Positions 24,673-37,980 of a stretch of 64,000 nt of DNA are shown piece by piece. The notes beneath the pieces were generated by a model, which was given only the letters and a program-made list of their open reading frames with translations, did not search any database and had not been told where the DNA came from. The DNA is from the human T2T-CHM13v2.0 reference genome, Homo sapiens. Positions within the stretch are counted from its first letter, which is position 1. Each line of letters starts with the position of its first letter. The position numbers and the translations under genes were made by a program. The DNA lies in assembly GCF_009914755.1 (NCBI RefSeq), contig NC_060936.1. The stretch is one strand, 5' to 3'.

Positions 24673-24897
24673 CTTGCACTGGCAGAGAGTACACTCAGTG
24701 CCATGTTTGATCCAAGAGGACCCGGTGAAGCGAACCACATTCATTTCGTCCAGGCAAGTCTTGGTGATGTCATTGCGGATGGTGTCAGCCTGGCAAGGGT
24801 CTGTGACACAGCGCGGGCAGCACTCATTCTCTGGGAGAATGCTGAATTCACACTCCACATCTGGGCAAGGCAGGGGCCAACAATCAACTTCCCCTTG
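24673..24897 (-). CDS. NELL2: NELL2 penultimate exon, 225 nt, phase 0-0: QGEVDCWPLPCPDVECEFSILPENECCPRC...SSWIKHGTECTLCQCK (vWC domains)
   Basis: Acceptor ttccttgtAG (24899-24898) and donor AAG|GTAAAC (24672-24671). 75 codons, overlapping ORF 24649..24858. Confidence 0.97.
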
Positions 24898-25952
24898 CTA
24901 CAAGGAAAGCAGATGTGCAAGGGCAGAGGGAGAGGGAGGAGGAAATGGAGGGAGGCCAGGAAAAAGCAGATGAGCACAGTGTTTACTGAATACTCAATTA
25001 TTTGATTGATATTTAAACTTAGATCTACAAAGCCCATGAATCTTTCAGGGAATCTATTAACACAAAAGCCCTATCAGAATGATGAATTCTGTATTGCAGC
25101 TTGATTTTCAAACAATCTTCAGGATTTAAATAACACCAATAAAACAAAAGCAAAAATCACTCATCTTAAAACAATAAAATGTGCATGCCCCTATCTTTCC
25201 CATGACAAAGGAGAGAGGTTTCAATTTAACGTTTTTGCCCATGTGATATCTTTTTCATTCTTTTGCTATTTTTTCTAACCTATTATTAATTCCTTTATGC
25301 ATAAAGAATGTTTTGTCCATTTACAAGAAAATAAACTAAAATATGAAGGCAATATGATGGTTTTTCTTTGTTCATTTATATATTTTTCAGTGTAGAGACT
25401 TTGAAAAAAAAAGAAACAAATCCTAGGAATTGATTTCATTCCTTTTTAATTCCACACAGGAAAATTGTGTGAATTGGATCTTTTTAAAAATGTAGTTCCC
25501 ACCTGTTTCCTATTTTCTTCATAATTCTGAATCTCATGGTTTGGGAGATGAAAGCAGCCTTCGGGCACAGAAACTGACCTTGCTCTTTCCATTGATTTTT
25601 GGGTTGAAAGTATAAAAAGGAAGGAACAAAAAAGCTTTGCCTTAAAAATAACCTCACACAAATAGAAAGAAACTGGCCATAACTTTAAAAGTAGCATCTT
25701 CTGTGAAAGTTTTCGCTATAAAGACACATAGACCAATTTTCCTTTTCATTTACACCACTAGAAACAAGAAATTCGTTCAACTGAAAAAAGACTTTATCAA
25801 GTCATTACTTTCTTCTTACTTATTGTTTCTAGTAAAAGTTTTATAAATATATAGAGAAATTCAATTCTAATATGTATTTATTGCATATCCATATTATGTG
25901 CAAAACAAGGTGCCCATCAGAAGCATTGAAAATAACAATCTTTAGAAGGTTG

Positions 25953-26317
<365 letters not shown>

Positions 26318-26667
26318 TTATGAATGCCATTGTTCTATCAATATTTGTCTTTAAGTTAGCCTAAACAGGATAGGAATGGGGAAGCTAGGAGAGTCTTTTC
26401 TTTTGAGCTATGGAGATACTCCTGAAAGAGACATACATTACTGTCAGTGAAAGACTATTCAACACCTTGTACCACATCTACCTCAGAATATTCCTTCTTG
26501 GGTTGTGATCGTGTAACTATCACCTCATCATCCTAACCAGGCTCACTGTTTATAACTGTCAACACTGTGGCCTGGTGCTAGGTATTGGCAGATGGGGAGG
26601 ACGAGGTTGCTTCTCTATTTAGATTCTGGGCCTAAATTTTCTTTCCACTTCATGTAGCTAAATTTAC

Positions 26668-26844
26668 CAAGCAGCGGCACTGTTGACAATTCTGGACCCA
26701 GGTGTCACCACTGTTATACAAAGTTTCCCCATTTTGATGGAGGCACTGACTACTAAGCCTTGGGTCACATTCAGGGCAGCAAAAAAGATCAACTGTGGGA
26801 TTCTCACAGTCACAGACCATCCGTCGACACATAACGAATCCATT
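26668..26844 (-). CDS. NELL2: NELL2 exon, 177 nt, phase 0-0: NGFVMCRRMVCDCENPTVDLFCCPECDPRLSSQC...VQNCQQCRCL (vWC domains)
   Basis: Acceptor ttttcatacAG (26846-26845) and donor TTG|GTAAAT (26667-26666). 59 codons, overlapping ORF 26650..26832. Confidence 0.97.
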
Positions 26845-27534
26845 CTGTATGAAAAAGAAAAAAAGCAGTTACCAAAAACCTCCATTTCTCAGTAACACGC
26901 ACACACACACACGCACACACATTTCAGATGGTGACTTGGAAGTTGAAATAATTCACACTGCTTATCTGATATAATAAATTTTCTTTAGCATTTCTTTTTT
27001 TAGCTAACACAAAGAAATTACCTAAGCTGGAGGATTTTCAATTTCCTTTCCACATACTACTCCTCAAATGACCAGAAAATATTTTTTTTCAGAAATGACC
27101 AGCATAAAATAACCACTGTGTATATAAATGTCTTCATTTATACGTAAGTATATATTTGTATATTAGTATGGTAAGTTGCATACTAACTAAATTTTGTTTT
27201 GTTTGAGGACATGTGTTTTAATATTTCATAGTTAATAACATATATATATTACTAAATTTCTGGAGTATTTAAAACCTATGTTTTTGTATAAACTGTTATC
27301 AATTTCTTTTATGACAGTTGGGTTCTTGGTACATAATATTATTCATCTGAAAATAATTTGAGCATTTATTATAACTAGGTACATATAACAGAATACCTAT
27401 CTAAAACTGAAATATACACCAAATAAATATTTTTCACTCTTGGATCACAGCATGTTCATTCTGACTTTATTTATGCAGTCATTCAAACATGATACTGTGA
27501 CTAGGAAAAAATTAGCATGGTTAGTAATAAAATT

Positions 27535-27932
27535 TTATCAACATGTGGATAGATAAATACATTGGTATATCCATACAATGAAATATTATTCGGTATTAAA
27601 AAGAAATGGATTAGAGATATAGGTACAATAGGATTGAATCTCAAAAACATAATGTTGAGAGAATGAAGTCAGACACAATATAGTATATACTATAAAACTC
27701 CATTTATATGAGGCTCTAGAAAATACAAATTTAATCAATAGGGACTGGATGCAGTTTTTGCCTGGATCTAAGGTTGTGGGACTAACTAGGAAAGAACATA
27801 GGCAACATTTGGGATAATGGAAGTGTTCTGTTATATTAATTGTGATGGTAGGTAAGTGGATGTACACATTGTCAAAACTCATCAAGCCATATACACACTT
27901 AAAACATATGCAAATTACAACTGAATAAAATT
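27535..27932 (+). mobile_element. L1ME-like 3' fragment
   Basis: ggtatatccatacaatgaaatattattc...gaatctcaaaaacataatgttgag...tccatttatatga...ttgtcaaaactcatc. Confidence 0.7.
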
Positions 27933-27958
27933 AATTAAAGTTTTTCATTTATACCAAC

Positions 27959-28152
27959 CTGACATGAGCACACAGAGCACCTGTCATTTTCCAACACCCA
28001 AATCTGACCATTGTGCTTAACTTTTCCATCATGGATGCAGTCCCCTGTGCAATTCTTTCCATGAGGACATCGACAATCATATCCGCCATCCAAATTGAAG
28101 CAAATGGTATCATTGGCACAGCTGTGCCTCCCGGTCCCACACTCATCAATAT
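27959..28152 (-). CDS. NELL2: NELL2 exon, 194 nt, phase 1-0: (D)IDECGTGRHSCANDTICFNLDGGYDCRC...LENDRCSVCSCQ (last EGF-like domain plus start of a vWC domain)
   Basis: Acceptor ttcttgtctatAG (28154-28153) and donor CAG|GTTGGT (27958-27957). Calcium-binding EGF motif DIDEC; ORF 27935..28162. Confidence 0.97.
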
Positions 28153-30559
28153 CTATAGACAAGAAAAAGCAGCACTCAATGTGCTTAGAATATGTGCAGT
28201 TTCAAACAACTGCAATCAGGCCAGTTGTCTCCTGACATAAGGTATTCAACTGTAAATTAATTTTCATCTTACTGGCTTGCATTTGTGATTAAATGTTGAC
28301 TAAAGCAATGTTAATGATCTGGGGATTTCACAGGAAAATATTATCATGTTTGATTTAAAAAATCAGGTAACCTTGGCTAGAATTTCAACTTTTATATCTC
28401 TGTAAATAACATTAGGCTTTATGAAACATTTTTATTTTTGAGAGTAAGAATATGACTCAATTTACCAAACAAAAACAGTTTAGCAGTGGAAATTCTAAAA
28501 GTGCCTATGATACTTTAATGGGGATATCATCCCCAGTGTTAAACTGGTGATTATAGAAAAATCCCTTCTTAGTGGGAGATGAAATGTCATGAGATCCCTG
28601 CAGCATTTTATGCAATATCAAGCCTTATTCTCGCGGCTGCACCTGCCCCCCTCCATGAAGCTCTTTCCATTGTTCTGCCTAGGTGATCTTCCCTTGCATT
28701 CCAGGCATTTTCATACAGTCCTTAGACCTTGACTCTCAACCACAGAAGGGCAAATAATAATCAGCAATTACCATCTCTCTTACAAAGAAACCACTATTTT
28801 TTAACTTTTCCATTTCAGATTATCATTTTGTCCCCTGTCTAACTCAACTGGCAACTGCCCATACTTCACCTGGCCTCACCTATTTCATGGCCATCACAGC
28901 CTAAAGCGTTTTCATACAGATGAAAAGCAAACATATCGTGACCCACAGATCAGGTCCATAAGAGGAGATGGGATTCATTTTTATTTACCCCCGTAATTTA
29001 AAGGTCACAAGCCAAAATACATTTCAGAGACATGGTATGAGTGGCAATAAGTAGTTATTTCCCATTTCATCAGTTGCCTCTGAGTAAAGGTCAAGAAAGA
29101 AAGAATTAAATCATGGCAGAAGTGGGTTAGAGACAAGATGGAGTGTATAGCTTTTAACTAGGGCGCTGTATACTGATTCTCCTTGAAGATTTTAAAAATA
29201 AAGTTTAGGAAATATCTTTTTCAAATGGTTGGACTTCAACATTAACTGAAGACTTGGACTAGTAAAAACTTGGCAATTTTAAATTTCTTATATACTTAAA
29301 TTCTGCCATATATGTATTCCTGAAAGTAAGCCACAGGACATTTTTTTTCTATTTGCCTTGATTTTTATTAGTTCCCACTTCAACAAAACTAATGGATTGG
29401 ATCAATAGCCGAAAAAGTGATTACAGAGCTTTATTAAGCTTGATTTGTTAAGGATAATATTACTTATTATCGTAGACTATGATCAGAAAGAAAACTGCTA
29501 GCCAGGATGAGAATATATATTTTTTAAATTAAGTACTATGGTTAATGTGTATTTTTTCAGATTAGAGAAAATTTTTCTCTTTGTAATAAAAATTAAATTT
29601 TATTAGCTAGTTTTATATTTGGTCTATTTGGAATGATATGGTACATCTGATGAGTTGATATTTGTCTCCCATTACATATTTCTAGAATTAAGAATTATAA
29701 TAAGCCAGAAAAACATAAACAAACCATAGTTATTTGGTCTCTTTGACAACAAGCTCTACAGACATCCTTACTACATAGCCTTTTTATGGTCTACTATAAG
29801 GACATTATTCCATGAATGGCAATGGCCGAATTTTTGCAATCATTTTATTTTGCTTGACACTTTAAAATAAAAGCTGTGTTATCAGATAATACTTTTTTCC
29901 CCCTTATAGGCAGAAAGATTCCACAGGATTGCTGCAAGGGACAAAGAAGAGATATCCAGGCACAAGACGAATATGTATACTTAAATAAAGCACATCTATA
30001 ATAAAGAAATAGAGTAAAAAGTTGCTCATAACGATGGTTGGCATGTACTTGTTATACCTGGAAAAATGTGTGGGCAGATGCATCATAATGGACTAACTAC
30101 AACCTCTTGCTATCCAAGGAGTTTGAGTTAGTTTGAACTCAGCTTGCCTTTTCTGCTTATTATCTACACTGGCTCTGACAATGCAGAAACTTTTCCCAAC
30201 TAACTGGTGGTATAGAATTTTGGAACCCATTTTTACACATAGTTTGGTTATAACAAGATTCCCAAATTAAATATCTATACAAGGTGTGTATTCTGCTTTG
30301 AAAAACCTATCATGGCATACACAAATTCCAACTTTAAAAATATTGATAACTCCTTTAGTGAGCGATTATTGAAGAACTAATGTTGCTAAATCCATTTGTC
30401 AGTGTCAGCTGTCATGTAACTTGGTCTAGCAGAGCATTTGACACAACTTACTCCCTCTCCTTGATACATTTTCCCTACTTGCTTCCTATCACACTGGTAG
30501 CTCTTCCTGGATCTTTTTTTGTCTATACATTCTCTAGGTTTGGCAATTATACTATGATT

Positions 30560-31510
30560 AATATTTTGCCATGCAAAGAGTAGGTAAAGAGTGGTCTAGA
30601 GTGTTTTTGAGGCAAGAGCGTGCTTGAAGGCCCAACGTCTAGAGCTATCAAGATGTGCTGGAGAAACAGAAGTGCTGGTATGACTGGAATGTTCAGTGAG
30701 AGAGCAGAGTAAACAGCATGTAGCTGAAGAGCTACTCAGGGCCCAGGTAAAGGTCATGTTAAGAAATTTGAACTTTTTCATAAAGCCAATAAAATGTCAT
30801 TTTAGAGAAATGCAAAAAAAAAATCACAATCTGATTTTCATTTTAGACAGGTCCCTTTGGGTTCATTTTGGAAAAGAGATTTGAATGGATTAGAATTTGG
30901 AGCCAGGAGACCAGTTAATAACTGTTTCCTTGGTTCAGGCAAAAGATGATCATACAATAAAAGCAGAGTCTCATAGTGGTTGGAATGTACCAGACTCTGA
31001 GTACTTTCCTTATAATGATTTATTTAATCTTCACAACAACCCTCGAAGATATAATTAAATTTTGATTCTCACTTTATAAATCAGGAAATTGAGACATAAT
31101 ACTGTTACATAACTTGCCCAAAATGACACAGCCACACAGCCAGTAGGCCCAGATGGGAACTGAAGCAATCATGCTCTAAGCCTGTGTTCTTAAGTACCAT
31201 GCTACACTGAGTTGGGGACTCAGTGGGGACATTGCTATACACTGCAGCAATGGGGACGCATAGAAAGAGACAACAGAGAGAATTAACACAACATAGTGAT
31301 TTGTTGGCTTTGAAGATTAGAAAGAGAGATCAAGAACGATGTATAGATTTCTGGCGTGGAAAATATGGTTGACGTTATTTATGGAAAGAAGAGCAAGATT
31401 TTGCTGCGGAGCAGAAGAATGGGGAGGGATGAAGGCAGAAGTGTTCAGTCTAGGACTGGCTGAATTGCACTTCCTCTGGGCTTCCACCAGGGCTGTTCAG
31501 TAAGTAGTTG
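30560..31510 (-). mobile_element. L2 fragments with an embedded MIR (~30990-31210)
   Basis: Degenerate L2 sequence (ggagccaggagaccagtt..., gatttctggc...). MIR core ttaatcttcacaacaaccct...aggaaattgagaca...aacttgccca. Confidence 0.5.
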
Positions 31511-32480
31511 GATATGTGTGTGGGGGGCTCAGAAAATAGGATTGGGCCAAAATGTGGGTTTGATGCAGATTACTTTCATCACCTCCTTTCTCAAAAAGAG
31601 CCCTTCATACGCATGTTCAAACTTCGTAGTACGGTATTTAGAGCTACCTCTTGTTTGCAATCATTTTCCCTATCTCGACTTGGCAATAATCTCATCATAC
31701 TTAGCAAAGTCCTAAAGCAAATACTAGGTACTCTGAGAAGCCTTCCTTGATGTTAAAGAGCAAATAATTTCTCTTTGTTCCTTCACAGCATGACATTTAT
31801 ATTTTTTCTCAAAATCAAATGCTTTTCTCAATCACAGCGTTGGGCTTGAACAGAATATTTAAAATACTATCATGTAAACTTCATTTTTTTGGTATCAAAA
31901 GTTCAAAAAACTTCACCAAACTTAAAGATTGTCCAGAAACTAAAGCAATAATGGGACATGTGGGCATAAATATATTTATGTGGAAAAAGATACTGGACTG
32001 TGTCTCAGACAGAGACAAAATTTTAGGCACAGTGGAAATGGGGGATGGATAAGGAAAATAGGACTCTGGCCTGTTACTTCAGGATGAAATGTCTAAATCT
32101 CTGAGATAAATGGATGAGCAAAACAGCAAACAATTTGTATGAATGCAGCTTATAAACATGTATGTTGTAGATCACACAACTGTAACCTAAAAAGTAATGA
32201 CACAGTGAAGTTATTTATTCATGCCTCCAAGTATGAGTCTTACACTTCAGAGTAATTGTAAAGCTACCATTGTGGCTTTGTCTACTTTCTTTCCCCCAGC
32301 AACAGAAAAATAGCACCTTCTCTGAGATAATCATACTCTTAAAATGAATCCTTCTAAATACTAATATTACAATTCTACACATCACGGAAATCGCAGTAAA
32401 TGGAGAGTTGTTTAGAAGTATTATTTTTATCTTTTTTAAAAAATATAACTTAGATGTGTTCTTTTAAAAAACTCCTTCAT

Positions 32481-32764
32481 GCCGGGCACGCTGGCTCATG
32501 CCTGTAATCCCAGCACTTTGGGAGGCCGAGGCGGACGGATCACGAGGTCAGGAGACTGAGACCATCTCTGGCTAACACGGTGAAACCCCGTCTCTACTAA
32601 AAATACAAAAAATTAGCCCGGCGTGGTGGCGGGCGCCTGTAGTCCCAGCTACTCGGGAGGCTGAGGCAGGAGAATGGCGTGAACCGGGGAGGTGGAGCTT
32701 GCTTGCAGTGAGCCGAGATCGCCTCACTGCACTCCAGCCTGGGCGACAGAGCGAGACTCCGTCT

Positions 32765-32795
<31 letters not shown>
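32481..32795 (+). mobile_element. AluY, full length
   Basis: AluY diagnostics, a private 4-bp duplication (gcttgctt), an A30 tail and a degenerate TSD ...tccttca. Confidence 0.93.
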
Positions 32796-32797
<2 letters not shown>

Positions 32798-33229
32798 ATC
32801 CTTCAGAGCATGTTGTACTCTGACAGAGTAGTAGGTTTTTCTGATAATCTTTATAAATTTTATTGGTAGAATCATCTTTCCAGAAGAGTTTTTTTTTGTT
32901 GTTTTTTGTTTTTTTAAATAAGGTTTTTCACTGCTCCTATGTTTGCGGGTTTCCTTGAAAGGCCTTTCCTATGAAGATGAATCCTCTACTTTGCTGTCTT
33001 CCTATTTGTAATGTGTTATTTTGATGTTTAGTTTAATTATCCTTGTTACTTTCTGGGCTGAACACTCGTGAATGCATTAATTATGTTTTATCCTGATCAT
33101 TATTATGTATCTACTTTTAACTACATATACATATCCAGTATATGTCATACTAATATCTACATTCCAACATAGGTTATGTGCCTGATGCATTTCTAATGAA
33201 GAGATTAGCTATCTATTATTTACCTCAAT

Positions 33230-35125
33230 CTTTTCATTGGACAAATAAATGTATCATCTACTATGTGCCAGACACTGCTCTAGGCATTGGAGATATGATA
33301 GCTGACAAGCAAACACAAACTATGACCTTTGAAACTTACATTCTAAAGCAGATAATAAGCAAGCAAACACATAAATACATACTATAATTTCAGGTGACTT
33401 TATAATTTCTATCAAAAAAAGTGAAGCAGGGTAAGTGAATAGAGTGTCAGAGGTGGGAGACTATTTTAAATTAGCAGTCCAGGAGAAACCATTTGAGAAG
33501 AAATTTGAATTAAATGAAAGAAGAACCATGCAAAGATCTAGGGGAAGGGCATTCCACATAAAGTGACAGTACATGCAAAGAAATCTGTTTCATATATTTT
33601 AGAAATGGTAAGAAGGCAAAGGATGCATATCATGTGAGCCCTTGTCAACCATGGTCAGGGTTTGCATATTGCTTTGAGAGAGGTGGAGAGGCTCCACGAG
33701 TGTGAACAGAGGAGTAACATGATCTAACTTCAGTTCTAGAAGAATCACTCTGAATGTTATTAAAAAAAGACTCTAGGGGAATTGGGTGTGGAAGTAGGAA
33801 GACCAGTTTGGAAGCTGCTATAGTGGTTCAGGCAAAAGGTAGTAATGGCTTAGATTAAGATGTTAACAGAGGTGGTGAGGGGTGGTCAGACTGGGAATAT
33901 ATTTTGAAAGTTGAAACTGTGAGATTTGTTAATGTATGGAATGTGAGATATGAGGAAAAGAAGGAAGGAAACAATGACTCTAAGATGTAGTTCTGGGCAA
34001 CTATGTTAAGGGACCTGTAGGACTTAGAAAGTAAATGAAAAGTTCTGTTTTAGTCGTATTAAGTCTGAGTTGTCTATTAGAAGTCCAAGTTGAGCTACCT
34101 AGTAGGCCACTAGATGTAGAATCTGCAGCCAGGGCAGAGGTCTGAATTAGGGATACATAGACGGCATTTTAAGCCATGAAACTGGTTGACTTAGGGATTG
34201 AGAATGGATAGAAAAGACTGACAAGGCCTGAGTCCTGGGGCATTTGCGAGAGTGAAAGAAAAGGCCTGTAGGAGAAAGGAGAAAAACCAGGAGAGAGTGG
34301 GGTACCTGAAGCCAAGTGAGGAAAATTATGTTTCGAGAGAAAGGAATGATCAACTGAGTCAAATCCCTGAGTGGCTGATCAAGGAGATAGTAACTGATCA
34401 GTTAATTTGGCGAAGTGGAAATTGTTAGTAATCTTGAAAGAAAAGCATTGGCTGGAGCAGTGAGACTAAAGTGTCACTGGAAGGAAGAAGGCAGAGATAA
34501 CAAGTATTGAAAATATTTTCAAGGAATTTTGTTCTAAAGGGGACAGAAAATTGGGAGATATGTCTGTAGAATCAGATGATGTCAAGGGAAGTTACTTTTT
34601 GTTTGCTTTTGTTTTGTTTTCAAAGATGGCCGCCACTCCTGACTCTTTGAACACTGATAGGAATGATGCAGTTGAAAAAGACTTAACTATATGGAAGAGA
34701 AAATTAATATTATATGGGCAGAATCCTTAAATAGGTGAGAGAGGATGAGATGCAAGATACAATGATGAGTTTGATTTTTGATAGGAGCAGGGCCACTTCC
34801 TCCAATAAAAGAGGAGAGAGAAAAAGCAGCAGGTATATAGAAATAAATGAGCAGATATATAGAAATAAATAAATAGGCGAGTACGGGTCGTGGTGGAAAG
34901 TGAGGCAGATCTCTTTTGACTACTTCTGTGTCTCAGTTAAGTAGGCAGGCCACTGACAGAGAATAAAAAGAAAGGAAGCAGTATTGACAGAGAATAAAGA
35001 GAAAGGAAGCAGTATCCAAAGTCTGAGGAGACTTAAGAAGTTGTGAAATGGCTGTTAATTGGAAAGTTGGAAGGGAACGTAACTAAAGAAATGAAGTAGG
35101 AATGCTGGACAGTGCTGATGGCCCT
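33230..35125 (-). mobile_element. Long L2 LINE fragment
   Basis: ttcattggacaaataaatgtatcatctactatgtgccagacactgctctaggcattggagat... with continuing L2 ORF2-derived sequence. Confidence 0.7.
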
Positions 35126-35656
35126 TGCAGTAGGTAGCTTCTGAGATGGCCCCAGTGATCCTCACCACTTAGTATTCAAGCCCTTGTGCAATCCCCTTCC
35201 CTTGAATGTGGGATGTACTTATTGACTTGATGCTAACAAATATAAAGTGTGAGAAGTGATGGAATGTCACATCTGACATGAGGTTATAAAAAGACTATGG
35301 CTCCGATATTCGGCATCTGCTCTTGGATTGCTTGCTTTAGGGGAAGCAAGCTCCCACGCCTTGAGGAGTGGCCCATGTATTAAGGAAATGAGATCTGCCA
35401 ATAGCCACATGAATGATCTTGGAAACAGATTCCCACTCCCCCCATTACCACTACCACCATAGGCAAGCCTTCAATATAAGAAGAGCACAGTCCTGGCCAA
35501 GAACTTGACTGCAGTGTCATGAAGACCCTGAACCGGAGCCACCCAGCTAAGCTGTGCACAAATCCCTGACCCATAGCAAGTGTGAGACAATGTTTGCTGT
35601 TTTTAGCTGCTAAGTTTTGAGAGTAATTTGTTAGGCATCAATAGATAACTAATACA
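35126..35656 (+). mobile_element. MLT1F-like MaLR solo LTR
   Basis: tgcagtaggtagcttctgagatggccccagtgatcctcacc ... ctaagttttg...taatttgtta...aatagataactaataca. Confidence 0.8.
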
Positions 35657-37247
35657 ACCCACTAGAGATTTGTGATCATAAATTTGAAAGACAGTGAGTT
35701 TAGTTACAAACTTAATGTAACACAGTCAACAGAGGTATGTGTATTTTTCTACTCACATCCAGATGCACAGAAAAAAGTGTGCAAGGATACTAACCCAAAT
35801 TAAACATAGGTAACCCCTAGAGGATGAGTGGAAAAGATGGGGAAAGGGGGGAAGAGAAATGAAGATGCATACTCAGCTTTAATCCATATACATGCTTCTG
35901 TATGATTTGCATTATTTATAATCAGCTTATATTCATTCTTTATGTGCATAAATTTTTTAAAAGATGATCTCCATTAAATTCTATAAAATACAAACAAAGT
36001 AGCTTATCAGGGAAGAACAAAGTTCCAATGTCTGATCTGTCTTGAAACTATAATCTGTGGTTCCTGGCATTCTCTCCAGGGCTGGAAATGTTCACTCTGG
36101 AACATTCACCAGTGCAAGATAAAGCCCTTAGACCATATTTAAGTGGTAACATGCAAATGCCAGGTTTTAGCCCCCAGTAAGGCAACAGCATTCCCATTCC
36201 TAGGTGGAAATCCTGATGAAAACTCTGCTCAAGCTCCAGAGCTTGTCTGCTGCCGGCAAAACAGGCTAGAAGCCTTGGCATCCATCACCCAAGTCTGTTT
36301 CACTTGTCTCTTTGTGAAAATCCTTTGAGGCACAAGGATAAAAAACATCTTATCATTTAGGTGTCAAGTATCTTTAGGTTAGATTGTCAAAAGCTTTCAT
36401 TGACTGTGTCATCTTAACCCCATTATCCTCTCAGGCTCTATGAAGTTGTAAATGCAAATGGAGAAAACAATGAGTTCTCAAGTTGTGTTTTGTTTTTCAT
36501 TCCTATGCCAAGACTTCTGATGGCAAATTCTTTCAGTGCGGGTAGTTTCCCTGACAATTATTCATGGGGCTCTGCTTGCTCTGTCTGCCTGGTTTCTAAA
36601 AATCATGCCCCTTAAATAGAGGCTACAGAGGAGCAGATTTGTCAGTCTGTTGAAAATAATTCAAAATTAATGGTAACTAATTGAATATAATCTGATTGAA
36701 TTTTCTACTCCTCTTAGATTGAAAACTTAATGGAATCAGGGACCATATCTTATGTATCCAACATTCAACAATCACTAAACATCTCTTACTTTGCCAGGCA
36801 AGTGTTATGTTAGGAATAGCCCTGAGTAGCATGCATTGTGTATGTCATCCTTGGCCACATCATCATTGCATTTCCTCTATCCCCATTTTCCCTCTATCTT
36901 GCTTTTCTCATGTATTTTTGCTACCTGTTTTTGGATCAGATGCTTGCATGCTTTCGTTTTAAAAAATTTATGTGATACTACATGTTTTTTCATTCTAAAA
37001 ACACCATTTAACAGTTGCAAGAATCCACAGAAAACTGGGTTAGTGTCACAAACTTTAATTATCTAAAAATAACATTAGATACCATATTAGCAAGAAAAAG
37101 TTAGATTTTAACACATTTCCAATCACTGTTGTATACACATATAGTAAAAACACTAACATTGGCTCAATGTCTTCTATTTATAGCTTATGATATATTCCTC
37201 AAGTTCAAGAGAAGTTCATAAATTCTAGGTCTTCTCCTTGTACTGAC

Positions 37248-37388
37248 CTTCACACGATTCTCCACTTGGTGAAAACATCCCATTGTCATGGTAGCCATCT
37301 CTGCACTCACAGTGGTACCATCCAGGCAGGTTAATGCAATTAGCACGACTGTCACATTGAACAAAACCATCAGAGCATTCATCAATGT
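37248..37388 (-). CDS. NELL2: NELL2 exon, 141 nt, phase 1-1: (D)IDECSDGFVQCDSRANCINLPGWYHCECRDGYHDNGMFSPSGESCE (calcium-binding EGF-like domain)
   Basis: Acceptor ctttttttgccAG (37390-37389) and donor AAG|GTCAGT (37247-37246). I translated it by hand; the ORF track lists a different frame. Six-Cys EGF pattern. Confidence 0.96.
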
Positions 37389-37639
37389 CTGGCAAAAAAA
37401 GAGGGATTTTATAAAATTATTTATCTTCTTTGAAAGAAACTAGAATATTCTGCTACAAGGCTACTAAAATTTTTAATGCCAGCAAATCCTTGAAACTGGG
37501 AAAATATAAAATTAAGAAAGTCTACTTGTTTGTTAACAGCTACACAGAAAGAATGTAGTGTTATTAGTAACAGGAGAAACATCTAGAAGGCTTCTTTGAT
37601 GCAAAAGGTATTCCACTGTAGAAAATGGAAAGAATCCAT

Positions 37640-37980
37640 ATGTGATGGTCATTAGTGCTGCTCACCAATATTTTAGCTCCTCTAGACACAAGCTAGGATT
37701 ATGATTCTCCAGGCCCTTCAAGTTAGGTATGGCCACGTGATAGGTGAAGTGTCACTTAAGCCAGTTAAGGAGTGATAAGTGTCACCTCTATGCAGATCCT
37801 TTAAGATGCAGTGTGTGATTCACATATGCCCTTTCCCTATCACAATGACTAGCCATTTCCAGAGGCTCTAAAGACCTACCTGAGTTCCTGTAGGAGACAA
37901 CCTGGGACACATTCCTTACTTACCTGGGATGGACTTATGGCATGAGAAAGAAATCAACCTTAGTTGACACTCTAATATAG
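37640..37980 (+). mobile_element. Old MLT1 (I/J-like) MaLR LTR
   Basis: tgtgatggtcattagtgctgctcacc...gttaggtatggccacgtga...gaagtgtcactt...catgagaaagaaatcaacctt. Confidence 0.6.

Noticed and set aside
24617-25005. 118-aa and 125-aa plus-strand ORFs
   Set aside because: Antisense shadows of the GC-richer NELL2 exon, with no independent support.
37185-37385. 66-aa ORF over the EGF exon
   Set aside because: Wrong frame. The real exon is read in phase 1 as DIDECSDGFVQC...
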